IMG/VR virus record: IMGVR_UViG_3300049489_000707 | Location: 86,726-150,725 of that record | DNA length: 64,000 nucleotides | Source of the DNA: a virus | Direction: 5' to 3' (one strand) | Shown: piece by piece, positions 48,144 to 56,211 of the stretch | Position numbering within the stretch: position 1 is the stretch's first letter | Layout: the number at the start of each line of letters is the position of its first letter | Translations under genes and position numbers: made by a program | Notes under the pieces: generated by a model | Told to the model about the DNA's origin: nothing | Databases searched by the model: none | The model's input: only the letters and a program-made list of their open reading frames with translations

Positions 48144-49547
48144 TCAGCCCCCAGGGTTGCGGCTCGAAGTCGGAGTCCCATCGGGGGCCATGACGATACC
48201 GGCCCTGACCTGGCGCCACTTCGTCTTGCCCGTTGCTGGGTCCTGAACCTTCAGCTCGCCACCTTCGTGGGCTGCACTGGGGCCTGGGTCAACCTGGGAG
48301 CCAACTGGGAGGGTCACCTGGTGACGACCGGTCTTACCGGCTTCGAGGGCCGCCTTGTCCATCTTGCTGTAGTAGCTCGGGTCTTCGGTGAGATGGTCCT
48401 TGGCGACCTCTTTAGCTCGGGCTTCATCAAGGCCGTGCTCTTCCATCTCCACCCTCATCCCCTCAGCCAGCTGCTCGGGGTCGAAAGAAGAGTCGGAGGC
48501 GTCGTCCCCCTTGCCACCCGGCATCAAGTCCTTGCGCAGAATCTTGTTGGCCCAGTGGTCCTTGTGGTCGTGGCAATAATCTCCGGTGATGGTGCGCTGG
48601 CAACGACGCTCGCCGAGCTTCCATTTACACCGCCCCACCTTGCCCTCCGCCTTCTGGACTTCCTCTTCTTGCTGAGGCTGTCCACCATCTCCCATGGCGC
48701 TTCGAGCCATGGCAATCATCGCCTGGACAACGCCAACCACCGACTGGTACATCTCGGGGTTGCTCTGTTTCATCTGCTCAAGCGCTGGCGCATTGGCTCG
48801 GACATTCTGGAGCACCTTCACGACCTGCTCGCGCACGCCATCGACCACACCAGAGGGCTTGCCCGCCGGTTGCTGCTGGTCCTTCTGGGCTGCTGCCAGC
48901 TGATGGAAGAGCTGCTCGAAGTCGGCCGCCGTGGGCTTGGGAGCTTCAGCTGGGGCTGGAGCATTGGCGATCTGGCTGTTGAGGGCCTCGTTCTCGCTGT
49001 GCTCGCTTCCTTCAGTCGGTGCGGCTGGGGCGGCTGGAGTGCTACGACTGGCCCCCGCGAAGCCTGCGTTGGAGCCAGCGTTCATGGCGGGCGCCGCCTT
49101 CTGCAGGCCGCTGTCGGGATTCAGGTACTCATCCTGCAGCTTCTCGCTCTCGGTCTTCTCTTTGGCCTCGGCCAGAATCTCGTCGACCTCTTCGGTGTAC
49201 AGCTGGATGCGGTCGCCACCCTGGAGCTTCGCTGCCATCAGACTGCGGTCGGCTTCGGAGAGCTTGGTCCCGACACCCACGCTGCAGGTGCTACCCACGG
49301 CCCCCTCGTACTGCTCGCGGATGCCGGGCAACTCACTGAGGTAGTCGGCCTCAATCTCAAGACGACCCTCGTCGCCACCCACCCCCACGACTTTGCCACC
49401 GTGAGACTCTGCCCAGCTGGCCCAGATACGGTTGCCTCGGTCGATAGCCTGGCCAAGCCTTGCTACTTCCTCAGGATTGTCCGCAAGACTGGCCCTGCCG
49501 ACCATGCGGCCAATGTGGTCACCATCGAAAGAGACGAAGAGCTTCAT
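48144..49547 (-). CDS. Late protein (467 aa): N-terminal mCpol (minimal CRISPR polymerase)-like domain, linker, DUF5661-like domain
   Basis: FVSFDGDHIG, GVGGDEG, TCSVGVG, EADRSLMAAKLQG; DPEQLAEGMRVEMEEH...AKDHLTEDPSYYSKM; start at ATG 49547, 6 nt after late motif. Confidence 0.8.
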   Translation of the reverse strand: MKLFVSFDGDHIGRMVGRASLADNPEEVARLGQAIDRGNRIWASWAESHGGKVVGVGGDEGRLEIEADYLSELPGIREQYEGAVGSTCSVGVGTKLSEADRSLMAAKLQGGDRIQLYTEEVDEILAEAKEKTESEKLQDEYLNPDSGLQKAAPAMNAGSNAGFAGASRSTPAAPAAPTEGSEHSENEALNSQIANAPAPAEAPKPTAADFEQLFHQLAAAQKDQQQPAGKPSGVVDGVREQVVKVLQNVRANAPALEQMKQSNPEMYQSVVGVVQAMIAMARSAMGDGGQPQQEEEVQKAEGKVGRCKWKLGERRCQRTITGDYCHDHKDHWANKILRKDLMPGGKGDDASDSSFDPEQLAEGMRVEMEEHGLDEARAKEVAKDHLTEDPSYYSKMDKAALEAGKTGRHQVTLPVGSQVDPGPSAAHEGGELKVQDPATGKTKWRQVRAGIVMAPDGTPTSSRNPGG

Positions 49548-49553
49548 GGTGAG

Positions 49554-49560
49554 AAGATTA
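49554..49560 (-). promoter_or_regulatory. Late promoter motif TAATCTT
   Basis: 6 nt before mCpol ATG; back-to-back with early promoter. Confidence 0.75.
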
Positions 49561-49563
49561 CCG

Positions 49564-49593
49564 TTGACAGGCGCTGTCGAGAACAGATATGGT
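49564..49593 (+). promoter_or_regulatory. Early promoter (leaderless)
   Basis: TTGACA-18-TATGGT, ATG 6 nt downstream. Confidence 0.7.
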
Positions 49594-49599
49594 TGGGAC

Positions 49600-50478
49600 A
49601 TGAAGACGGAACAACTACTTACCCTGATTGCCATCGCCAACAACGCCACCCTGGCGGACATCCTGGAGGCCTGCGATGAGGCCAAGCGCCAAGGCCCATG
49701 GACGCCGGCCTCAGGTGGCACTGAGCAGATCTTCCGGGCTCGCACCGGCAAGCGGCTCCTGTACTGCTGGCAACAGACCACGGGCAAGCATGCCTACCTC
49801 GACGTGGACTCTGATATCATCCTCAGCGACGAAGAGGCCCGGATGCACCTGAACATGTACTGAGGGCGTCATGAGCAAGAAAAAGCCATTCATGGGGAGG
49901 GACTACCTCTTGCTCAAAATCATCGGCGGTGCTACAAAGGCTGGGGTAGAGCCCGACCGCAAGAAGGAAGCCAACAAGACCGCAGCGAGAGGAAACAAGA
50001 TGAACAGAGCAGACCGACAGAAGCCGCAAGAGAACGGCATGATGGTGGCGGAGTTGAAGCACCTGCGTGCCCAGGTGAAGGCGAAGGACGAGAAAATCGC
50101 CAAGCTGACCGAGGAGGTCCAGGAGCTTCGCGCTCAGGTGAACCTGACAGCCATGCTCGACCCCACCACCGAAGAGAACAAAGCGCTGGCGGAAGAGGCC
50201 AGGAAGTGGGCCGTGAAGTCGGGGCTAATCAGCACGACGGAAGAAGCCAAGAAGTGAGCCTCCAGTTTACCCGAGCCGAGTTCGTCGAGTGCCCTACATG
50301 TAGGGCCAAGCCTGGCTCGCCGGCCCTGTGTCGCGAGTGTCTGGAACGGCGAGAGCTGCATGGGGTACTTCACAGGCTCCAGAGCTGGTTCCCGAACCAG
50401 GCCATGCACCCCTACATCAAAATCTGCACCCACTGTAACGGAACCCCCAACCCATCTTGCCCGGAGCACGGGCGCTGA
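49600..50478 (+). CDS. Three early ORFs (49600-49863, 49871-50257, 50254-50478 Zn finger)
   Basis: Promoter-defined start 49600; coupling. Confidence 0.7.
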
Positions 50479-50493
50479 GGTAGAATCAAGCAC

Positions 50494-51282
50494 ATGACAC
50501 CAATCATCATCATCGGCGGCGGAGCAGGAAGCGGCAAAGACACGGTAGCGGAGATGCTCTGCCGGGGACGCAATGGGGTGATGATCGCCCAGGCCGACCC
50601 TATGAAGCAGTTCGCCCAGCAGGTGGCAGGCTTCACCACAGACCAGCTGTGGGGACCTTCCTCCAGCCGCAACGCTGAAGACCCGCGCTTCAGGCCCGGC
50701 ATGGAGGGGGAAGTGAACTGGGAGCTGATGGCCGGGCAAGTGCTCTTCAGCGACCTCGCACCCAGCTGGCTGAACTTCATCGGAGCACACGACGCCTTCC
50801 CGGTACTCAAGAGCTGGTTCGACAAGCTCCGTGCCGACTTCAAGGACCGCACCCTGACCCCACGAGCGTTCCTTCAGACCCTTGGCACCGAGTTCGGTCG
50901 TACCGTCTCCCGTGACGTCTGGAGCAACCTGGCCATCAGCCAGGCCCGAGAGCTTCTCGTGGGTGGCGCCAGCTACGACCGCGAGAGAGGACTTCAGAAG
51001 TCAGACAACCCTGGTCACAACTTCGTGGTCATCACCGATGGCCGGTTCCGCAACGAAATCCTCAATGTGACCTCGATGGGTGGCAGAGCCCTGAAAGTAG
51101 TCAACCCGGTCGACGAAGGTGCGGCGGTCGAGAGCGCCGGCATCAAGGGTCACGCCTCAGAGGCCGAGCTGAAGGGCATCCCTGACGGCTGGTACACGGA
51201 TCGGCTCATCAACGACAAGCGCCAGGGTCTTGTGGTGCTGGCGGCCAACGTGGAGGCATACGCCCGAGGCTGGGGGCTGTAA
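50494..51282 (+). CDS. Deoxynucleoside monophosphate kinase
   Basis: IGGGAGSGKDT, AQADPMK, PRAFLQTLGTEFGR, VITDGRFRNE, HASE. Confidence 0.9.
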   Translation: MTPIIIIGGGAGSGKDTVAEMLCRGRNGVMIAQADPMKQFAQQVAGFTTDQLWGPSSSRNAEDPRFRPGMEGEVNWELMAGQVLFSDLAPSWLNFIGAHDAFPVLKSWFDKLRADFKDRTLTPRAFLQTLGTEFGRTVSRDVWSNLAISQARELLVGGASYDRERGLQKSDNPGHNFVVITDGRFRNEILNVTSMGGRALKVVNPVDEGAAVESAGIKGHASEAELKGIPDGWYTDRLINDKRQGLVVLAANVEAYARGWGL

Positions 51283-51884
51283 TGAAGAAGCTCCGCATCC
51301 TCATCGACATCGACGGCATCGTGGCAGACACCATGCCGCACTGGCTCCAGTATCTCGGGGACCAGACGGGCGTGTACGCCAAGATGGAAGACATCACGAT
51401 GTACGACCTCTCAAGGTGCCCTCCTCTGACCGAGATTGGCCCGGGGGTCGTCTTCGGAGTGCTCCAGGACGTAGGCTTCACGATGGGGATTCCCATGATG
51501 GAGGGGGCCGCCAACGTCCTCAAGAACCTCATGGACGACGGCCACGAGGTCTACCTGGTCACCGCCCGCAGTGGTGCTCAGCACATCGCCGAGACCTACG
51601 AGTGGGTCAAGGCAACGATGCCGTTCATCGACACCAGAAGGCAGCTCATCTTCTGCTACGAGAAGCATCTCATCGCGTGTGACGTCATCATCGACGACCA
51701 AGCGGCTACGCTTCAGAAGTACAAGACCACGCACCCGAAAGCGTTGGCCTTGGGCATCAGGTACCTCTACAACGACCACCTGGATTGCTGTTCCAACCCT
51801 GTGGACGTGACGCTGGTCGAGTACGGCGACACCGCCTGGGCCACCCTTTACCAGCAAATCATGCTGCACGCGGAAGAGCCATGA
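51282..51884 (+). CDS. 5'(3')-deoxyribonucleotidase (NT5C, HAD fold)
   Basis: ILIDIDGIVAD, LVTAR, IIDD. Confidence 0.9.
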   Translation: MKKLRILIDIDGIVADTMPHWLQYLGDQTGVYAKMEDITMYDLSRCPPLTEIGPGVVFGVLQDVGFTMGIPMMEGAANVLKNLMDDGHEVYLVTARSGAQHIAETYEWVKATMPFIDTRRQLIFCYEKHLIACDVIIDDQAATLQKYKTTHPKALALGIRYLYNDHLDCCSNPVDVTLVEYGDTAWATLYQQIMLHAEEP

Positions 51885-52447
51885 CCTGCATCGTCGGCCT
51901 CGTGGTGGGCGACCGTGTCGTCATCGGCGGAGACTCCGCCGCTGGCACCCATGGCTGGGGTATTCAGGCACGGGTCGACTCCAAGGTCGGCAACGTCGGT
52001 GAGTTCGTGTTCGGCTTCACCGACAGCTTCCGCATGGGCCAGGTACTTCTCTACCGCTTCACCCCACCGCCGATTGAAGGCGAACTGATGGCCTACATGG
52101 TGGGGCCGTTCATCGACGAGCTGCGTCGCACCTTCCGAACTGCCGGCTACGCTGAGCGTCAAAACGAGCGCGAGTCTGGGGGCACCTTCCTGGTGGGCGT
52201 TCGAGGCCGACTCTTTCGCATCTCCAGCGACTACCAGGTGGGCGAGTCGAAGGACAGCTATGATGCCGTGGGCTGTGGAGCTGACATCGCCCTGGGTAGC
52301 ATGTACTCCTCAGGCCTCGCCATCGAGCAAGCCCCGAAGGCTCGTATCCTGGAGGCGTTGTCGGCCGCTGAGCACTTCAGCGGTGGCGTACGTAGGCCAT
52401 TCAACATCGTTGTGACCCCGCTTGCTTCTCTCCCCGACCCACTGTAA
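51881..52447 (+). CDS. Ntn-hydrolase, proteasome-beta/HslV-like peptidase
   Basis: M-TCIVG N-terminal Thr nucleophile, GGDS, SKV, AVGCG...ALG. Confidence 0.85.
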   Translation: MTCIVGLVVGDRVVIGGDSAAGTHGWGIQARVDSKVGNVGEFVFGFTDSFRMGQVLLYRFTPPPIEGELMAYMVGPFIDELRRTFRTAGYAERQNERESGGTFLVGVRGRLFRISSDYQVGESKDSYDAVGCGADIALGSMYSSGLAIEQAPKARILEALSAAEHFSGGVRRPFNIVVTPLASLPDPL

Positions 52448-52457
52448 GGTACAAGAC

Positions 52458-53298
52458 ATGCCAGACAACACTCCAGAAGACCCGGTGCAGCTCACACAAG
52501 AAGAGACCGAGGAGGTGGCCATGGCCCTGGGCCATATTCTCATTGCCACCACAGCAGAGTACTGTCATCAGATGGGACTGTCGATGGCCGACCCCAACAC
52601 GCAACAGCTCGTTCGTGTAGTCCTGATGGGACTGCTCAAGACGTTGCCGGGTAGTGAACAAGCTCCTGAAGCAAAGGCCTGACCATGCCGTACATGATCC
52701 GCAATGGCCAAGGCCTCTTCAGTACAGGCGGCGGTCATCCCAGCTTCCGAGAAGATGGCAAGATGTGGAAGACCCTCGGCCAGGTCAAGTCGCACCTCGC
52801 CATGTTCCGTACATACCAGGGCGTCAACCAGGTCCCCGCTGACTGGGAGGTCGTCGAGGTTCAACTGAAGCTGTTGAGCGGCGAGAACGCCCGTGCGCTG
52901 GTCCAACCTCTGGCCGACAAACAGGCTGAGCGCCAGGCTCAGTACAAGAACCGATTCGAGAAAGAGCGGGCTGACCGGGAGAAGGCGGAATTCAAGCGTC
53001 TGCAGAAAAAGTACGACCCAGCTCACGCACCGGGGCACGAATGAACGAGAATCCGTGGAACACGCCGAACTTTCCCAAGAATTTCAGTCAAGACGAGCTG
53101 AACGACAAGCGTCGTGCTTCCATCAACTGGCTGCGCGAGAACTACTCGCACATCTGGCGACACCCGAGGCTGAGTGCCCACCGGAAGGCCGGTTTCCTGG
53201 CTGCGTGCTGCGACAGCCGTCGGTGCTACCTGGCCACTCTCGACCTGCCTGAGCGGGTTGAACACATCTACGTTGCACTGGTTCAAGAGGGTTTGTAA
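52458..53298 (+). CDS. Three small ORFs (52458-52682, 52685-53044, 53041-53298)
   Basis: Coupled ORFs with codon bias. Confidence 0.65.
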
Positions 53299-53306
53299 TG
53301 GTGCCC

Positions 53307-53382
53307 GCCTCCGTAGCTCCAATGGCCAGAGCGTCCAGAGTAATGACCTGGAAGGTTGTGGGTTCAAATCCCACCGGGGGCA
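53307..53382 (+). tRNA. Atypical tRNA, 9-nt anticodon loop (central AAU, Ile-like); CCA not encoded
   Basis: Acceptor GCCTCCG/CGGGGGC+A, D arm GCTC/GAGC, anticodon stem TCCAG/CTGGA, loop AGTAATGAC, T arm GTGGG-TTCAAAT-CCCAC. Confidence 0.8.
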
Positions 53383-53385
53383 CTG

Positions 53386-54018
53386 ATGAGTGACTGCGAT
53401 CATCGTTGGCTGCTGGTACCTGGCGGTGAGGTTGGTGGCATCATGGTGCTTGGCTATTGGGTCTGCGTCAAGTGCAACCGCAAGGGCCCCAGCAGTCGAT
53501 TCAAGTGCCCAGGCAAGTCCGTCTTCACGGAGGAAACATGAGCGAAGTCAAAGACACACGAGAAGAGACGAAGTCCCGCCGTTGGCTGGCCATCTACGGG
53601 GCGATGATTGCTGCCGAGTGCATGGAGTACCGACTGCGCACCACCTGCTGCGTTTCAGAAAAGATGATGCGCGGCATCATGGAAGAGGCTGCGGCCATCG
53701 CCGACCTCGAAATCGAAGCCTCACAGGACAACGATGAAGTCCTCTAAGCCCTTCACCAAGAAAGAGCTGGCCTGGGCCCGCAAGCAGGCGAAGCTCCTCG
53801 GGGTCAAAGATGGCCCCGAGGCGTTCCTGGAGATGCGCTGGTCAGAGGTTACGAAGCTTGCTGCAGAGCGGGGTCTGACGTGGGTGATTCAGGACTTGCC
53901 AAATCCGGCCGGAGGTACTCTTCCTGCCATCCCACTGTCACCCACTCCTTCTGCTGCGCCCGGTCGTAAGGCTCGACGACCTTCTTCGTCACGCCCAAAG
54001 AGTCGCCGACGTACTTGA
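53386..54018 (+). CDS. Three small ORFs (53386-53541, 53538-53747, 53734-54018; last one has doubtful 3' end)
   Basis: Coupled ORFs; last overlaps a convergent gene by 170 nt. Confidence 0.55.
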
Positions 54019-54220
54019 CCGTCTGCGTCATGTGAAGGCGGTTCCTCAGCTCGGCTCGGAGCATGTACATGCGCGTCGCCAGCCCCTTCAGCTGAACCAG
54101 TGCGGACCACTCGTCGCCTGACGGCATGCGACCTGGTGTTCTGATCCACTCCTTCAGTGCTCCGATTTCGGTTTCGATTCTAATGCGCTCTTTGTTCCAC
54201 TTCTCGATGTCTAGTTTCAC
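53849..54220 (-). CDS. Hypothetical protein (123 aa)
   Basis: AGGAG SD before GTG; LKGLATRMYMLRAELRNRLH motif; follows the Pth2-like gene. Confidence 0.65.
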   Translation of the reverse strand: MKLDIEKWNKERIRIETEIGALKEWIRTPGRMPSGDEWSALVQLKGLATRMYMLRAELRNRLHMTQTVKYVGDSLGVTKKVVEPYDRAQQKEWVTVGWQEEYLRPDLASPESPTSDPALQQAS

Positions 54221-54228
54221 GTTGGCTC

Positions 54229-54543
54229 CTATCGTACAAGCGCAAAGCGGGCCATCGCCTTGCGCAGGCTTTTGCTCCTGACCTGCGGCTGAATGCCGAT
54301 GGCCATGAGCTGGTTGTTGAGGTCTGGTTCGCGGATTGCCACATGGGCAATGCCAAGGCCCAAGAGCTTGCGCTCCAAGTCCATCAGGGCTTGTTCGTTG
54401 GGCACTTCGAGGGCCACCGCATGGGTGGTGTTCGGGAGATTACCTGGGGCACTCTCACCGGCGGCATGAATCAACTGGGCGAACTGAACGCCTCTCGGGA
54501 GATCCGACCGGATGATGCAGTAGTGATGAAAAAATGAGACCGT
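54229..54543 (-). CDS. Peptidyl-tRNA hydrolase (Pth2)-like protein; no canonical start upstream of conserved N-terminus
   Basis: HHYCIIRSDLPRGVQFAQLIHAAGES...AVALEV...HVAIREPDLNNQLMAIGI; 5' boundary shown is a candidate ACG. Confidence 0.75.
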   Translation of the reverse strand, partial: TVSFFHHYCIIRSDLPRGVQFAQLIHAAGESAPGNLPNTTHAVALEVPNEQALMDLERKLLGLGIAHVAIREPDLNNQLMAIGIQPQVRSKSLRKAMARFALVR

Positions 54544-54582
54544 CTCAGACTCCCCTGATGGGGACTGACCTGAGACGGTCTC
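54529..54582 (-). terminator. Long hairpin plus U6 tract (terminator/attenuator)
   Basis: Perfect 13-bp IR GAGACCGTCTCAG/CTGAGACGGTCTC, inner TCCCC/GGGGA stem, followed by ATTTTTT on minus strand. Confidence 0.75.
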
Positions 54583-54651
54583 GGAACCAAGTTTGTCGGC
54601 GGGCAGCCCGCTGCTGTCAATGCTCTGAGTTCATGGAATTCATTCTACCGC

Positions 54652-54658
54652 AAGATTA
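54652..54658 (-). promoter_or_regulatory. Late promoter motif TAATCTT
   Basis: Overlaps endolysin TAA stop; upstream of Pth2 leader. Confidence 0.6.
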
Positions 54659-55288
54659 CGGTTCGTCAACCGGCTTCGACTCATCTGCCGGCGGGGGGAG
54701 GACAACCGCAGGCTTCGCCGCTTTCGGCTTCACGCCCCAGGTGGCTCTCTTAAGCCAGTTCTTGCGAAACTTGGCCAGGGCTGGGTTGCGGACGATGATC
54801 CGCTCGTAGTAGGCGGCCATCTCATCGCCAAAGGCCCTCACGAAGTCCTCTGGATTGCAGGCGTTGATGGCGGCAAACGACTTGTCGCCCAGGCTGCCGT
54901 CGACCTTCAGTTCGGGACTTGCGCCCAGGGTGTTGCAGGCTCGCTGGGCGAACTCCGCACAGCGCTTCGGGCCCATGTTCACGGCCGAGTCCATCATCTT
55001 GGTGGCGGCGGTCTGGTCGACCACCCTGCCGTAACCCCACTGGTTCCAGAAGTACTTCCGGTACAGGCTCTCGCAGGTCGCTCTGCTGACAGCCTTCAGG
55101 CACCCGGGGAAGAAGTTGACATGAGGCAGGCCGAGGTCCTGAGGGGTCAGCCCGAGACGCTTGATAGTGAGCATGGACCAGCCCCAGACGGTCTCACCAC
55201 CCGGATCAGCCGGGTCGTCGACCCAGAAGTTGGTGGGGGTGCCCTCGTGGGCCATGATGACAGGAATCGCTGCTTCAAAAGTGCTCAT
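54656..55288 (-). CDS. Endolysin, glycoside hydrolase family 108 with peptidoglycan-binding domain (210 aa)
   Basis: IMAHEG, DDPADPGGETVWG, MDSAVNMGP, VDGSLGDKS, FRKNWLKR. Confidence 0.9.
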   Translation of the reverse strand: MSTFEAAIPVIMAHEGTPTNFWVDDPADPGGETVWGWSMLTIKRLGLTPQDLGLPHVNFFPGCLKAVSRATCESLYRKYFWNQWGYGRVVDQTAATKMMDSAVNMGPKRCAEFAQRACNTLGASPELKVDGSLGDKSFAAINACNPEDFVRAFGDEMAAYYERIIVRNPALAKFRKNWLKRATWGVKPKAAKPAVVLPPPADESKPVDEP

Positions 55289-55293
55289 TGTTC

Positions 55294-56211
55294 TTACCCT
55301 GGCTTCAGGTTGTCCTGGTGGAGGTAGTCTTCGTGGTACTGATTCAGCTTCGGGTTCCACCACTTGACCTCGTAGTAGTGTCCCGGGCCGTCGATGTCGT
55401 TGTCTTGGTACTGGGCCGACGTCACCTTGCCCTTCCAAGGGACGGCCTGCTGGTCGACGTGGGTCACGGTCTGGCCCGGCTTGTACAGCTGGCCGCCGGC
55501 CTTCAGCTTCGCCTTCTTGGCCTCGGTCTCACGCTGTCGAGCCAGCTCGTGAAAGCCTGGGTCGCTCATCATGGCGTGATGGGCGTCTGCGAGAATGCCC
55601 TCCACCTTGGTGCGAGCCAGCTGCTTGCGAGCCTCGATTTTGGGGACGATCGACGACACGCCGTCTGCTACCTGGGGGCCTGCAGCTGCAGTCTCTTTGA
55701 CGGCCGCGTCCCACCCTGCCGGGACCTTGGCTGGGGTTGCAGCTGGGGCAGGTTTAGCCGCCGGCTTCTTGAAAGGAAGCACCTTGCCGTCTGCCTTAGC
55801 CAGCTCGCCCTTCTTCTCTTCCTTGGCCGGCTTGTCCTGGAGCAGGAACGCATCGCCTCGATGCGGCTTGAAGCGGTAGAAGTTCTCCTGCTTATCGGCC
55901 AGGCCCTGAATCTCGTGGGGAACCGGCCCCATGGGGTCAAGGCCCAACTCCTTCATGTGCAGCTGGTACATCATGCCGTGCTTGTGGCCTTCCTCGTGGC
56001 TGCCTGCCGCCTGAGCTGCCTTGAGCCCCTGCATGTGGTACGCTGCTGCCTCACGGTGCTTGTCCTGCTTGTACTCGTGGTGAGCGCGGTGCTCGGCGTC
56101 TGGCCGGGCCATGCGGTGCTTGAACTCGTAGACTGCCGCCCTGGATTCCAGGTCGTGCTTGTCTTCGTCCTTGGCAATCTTCCGACCGTTCCAGCTTGGT
56201 GCGTTATCCAT
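55294..56211 (-). CDS. Head-associated protein (305 aa), His-rich N-domain and SH3-like C-domain
   Basis: LESRAAVYEF...EAHRAH-like motif; ELAKAD linker; YKPGQTVTH...YYEVKW. Confidence 0.6.
   Translation of the reverse strand: MDNAPSWNGRKIAKDEDKHDLESRAAVYEFKHRMARPDAEHRAHHEYKQDKHREAAAYHMQGLKAAQAAGSHEEGHKHGMMYQLHMKELGLDPMGPVPHEIQGLADKQENFYRFKPHRGDAFLLQDKPAKEEKKGELAKADGKVLPFKKPAAKPAPAATPAKVPAGWDAAVKETAAAGPQVADGVSSIVPKIEARKQLARTKVEGILADAHHAMMSDPGFHELARQRETEAKKAKLKAGGQLYKPGQTVTHVDQQAVPWKGKVTSAQYQDNDIDGPGHYYEVKWWNPKLNQYHEDYLHQDNLKPG

Noticed and set aside
48144-49547. Calling the N-terminal domain a GGDEF diguanylate cyclase
   Set aside because: Motif is GGDEG, the domain is only about 117 aa, and DGDxIG/SVGVG/AAK fit mCpol better
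12545-49787. ORF-track start codons at 12545, 18060, 25028, 38850, 39959, 48219 and 49787
   Set aside because: Over-extended; promoter and SD positions point to 12581, 18195, 25091, 38793, 39938, 48123 and 49547
53849-54018. 170-nt convergent overlap as deliberate dual coding
   Set aside because: The plus-strand tail is low-complexity shadow-like sequence, most simply a lost stop codon
54536-54582. BsaI and BsmBI recognition sites clustered in the hairpin, suggesting a cloning scar
   Set aside because: They follow from the GAGAC-N-GTCTC palindrome; no vector, tag or marker sequence nearby
54592-54620. Minus-strand TTGACA as an early promoter for the Pth2-like gene
   Set aside because: The -10 position reads GACAAA, lacking the first T found in all accepted promoters
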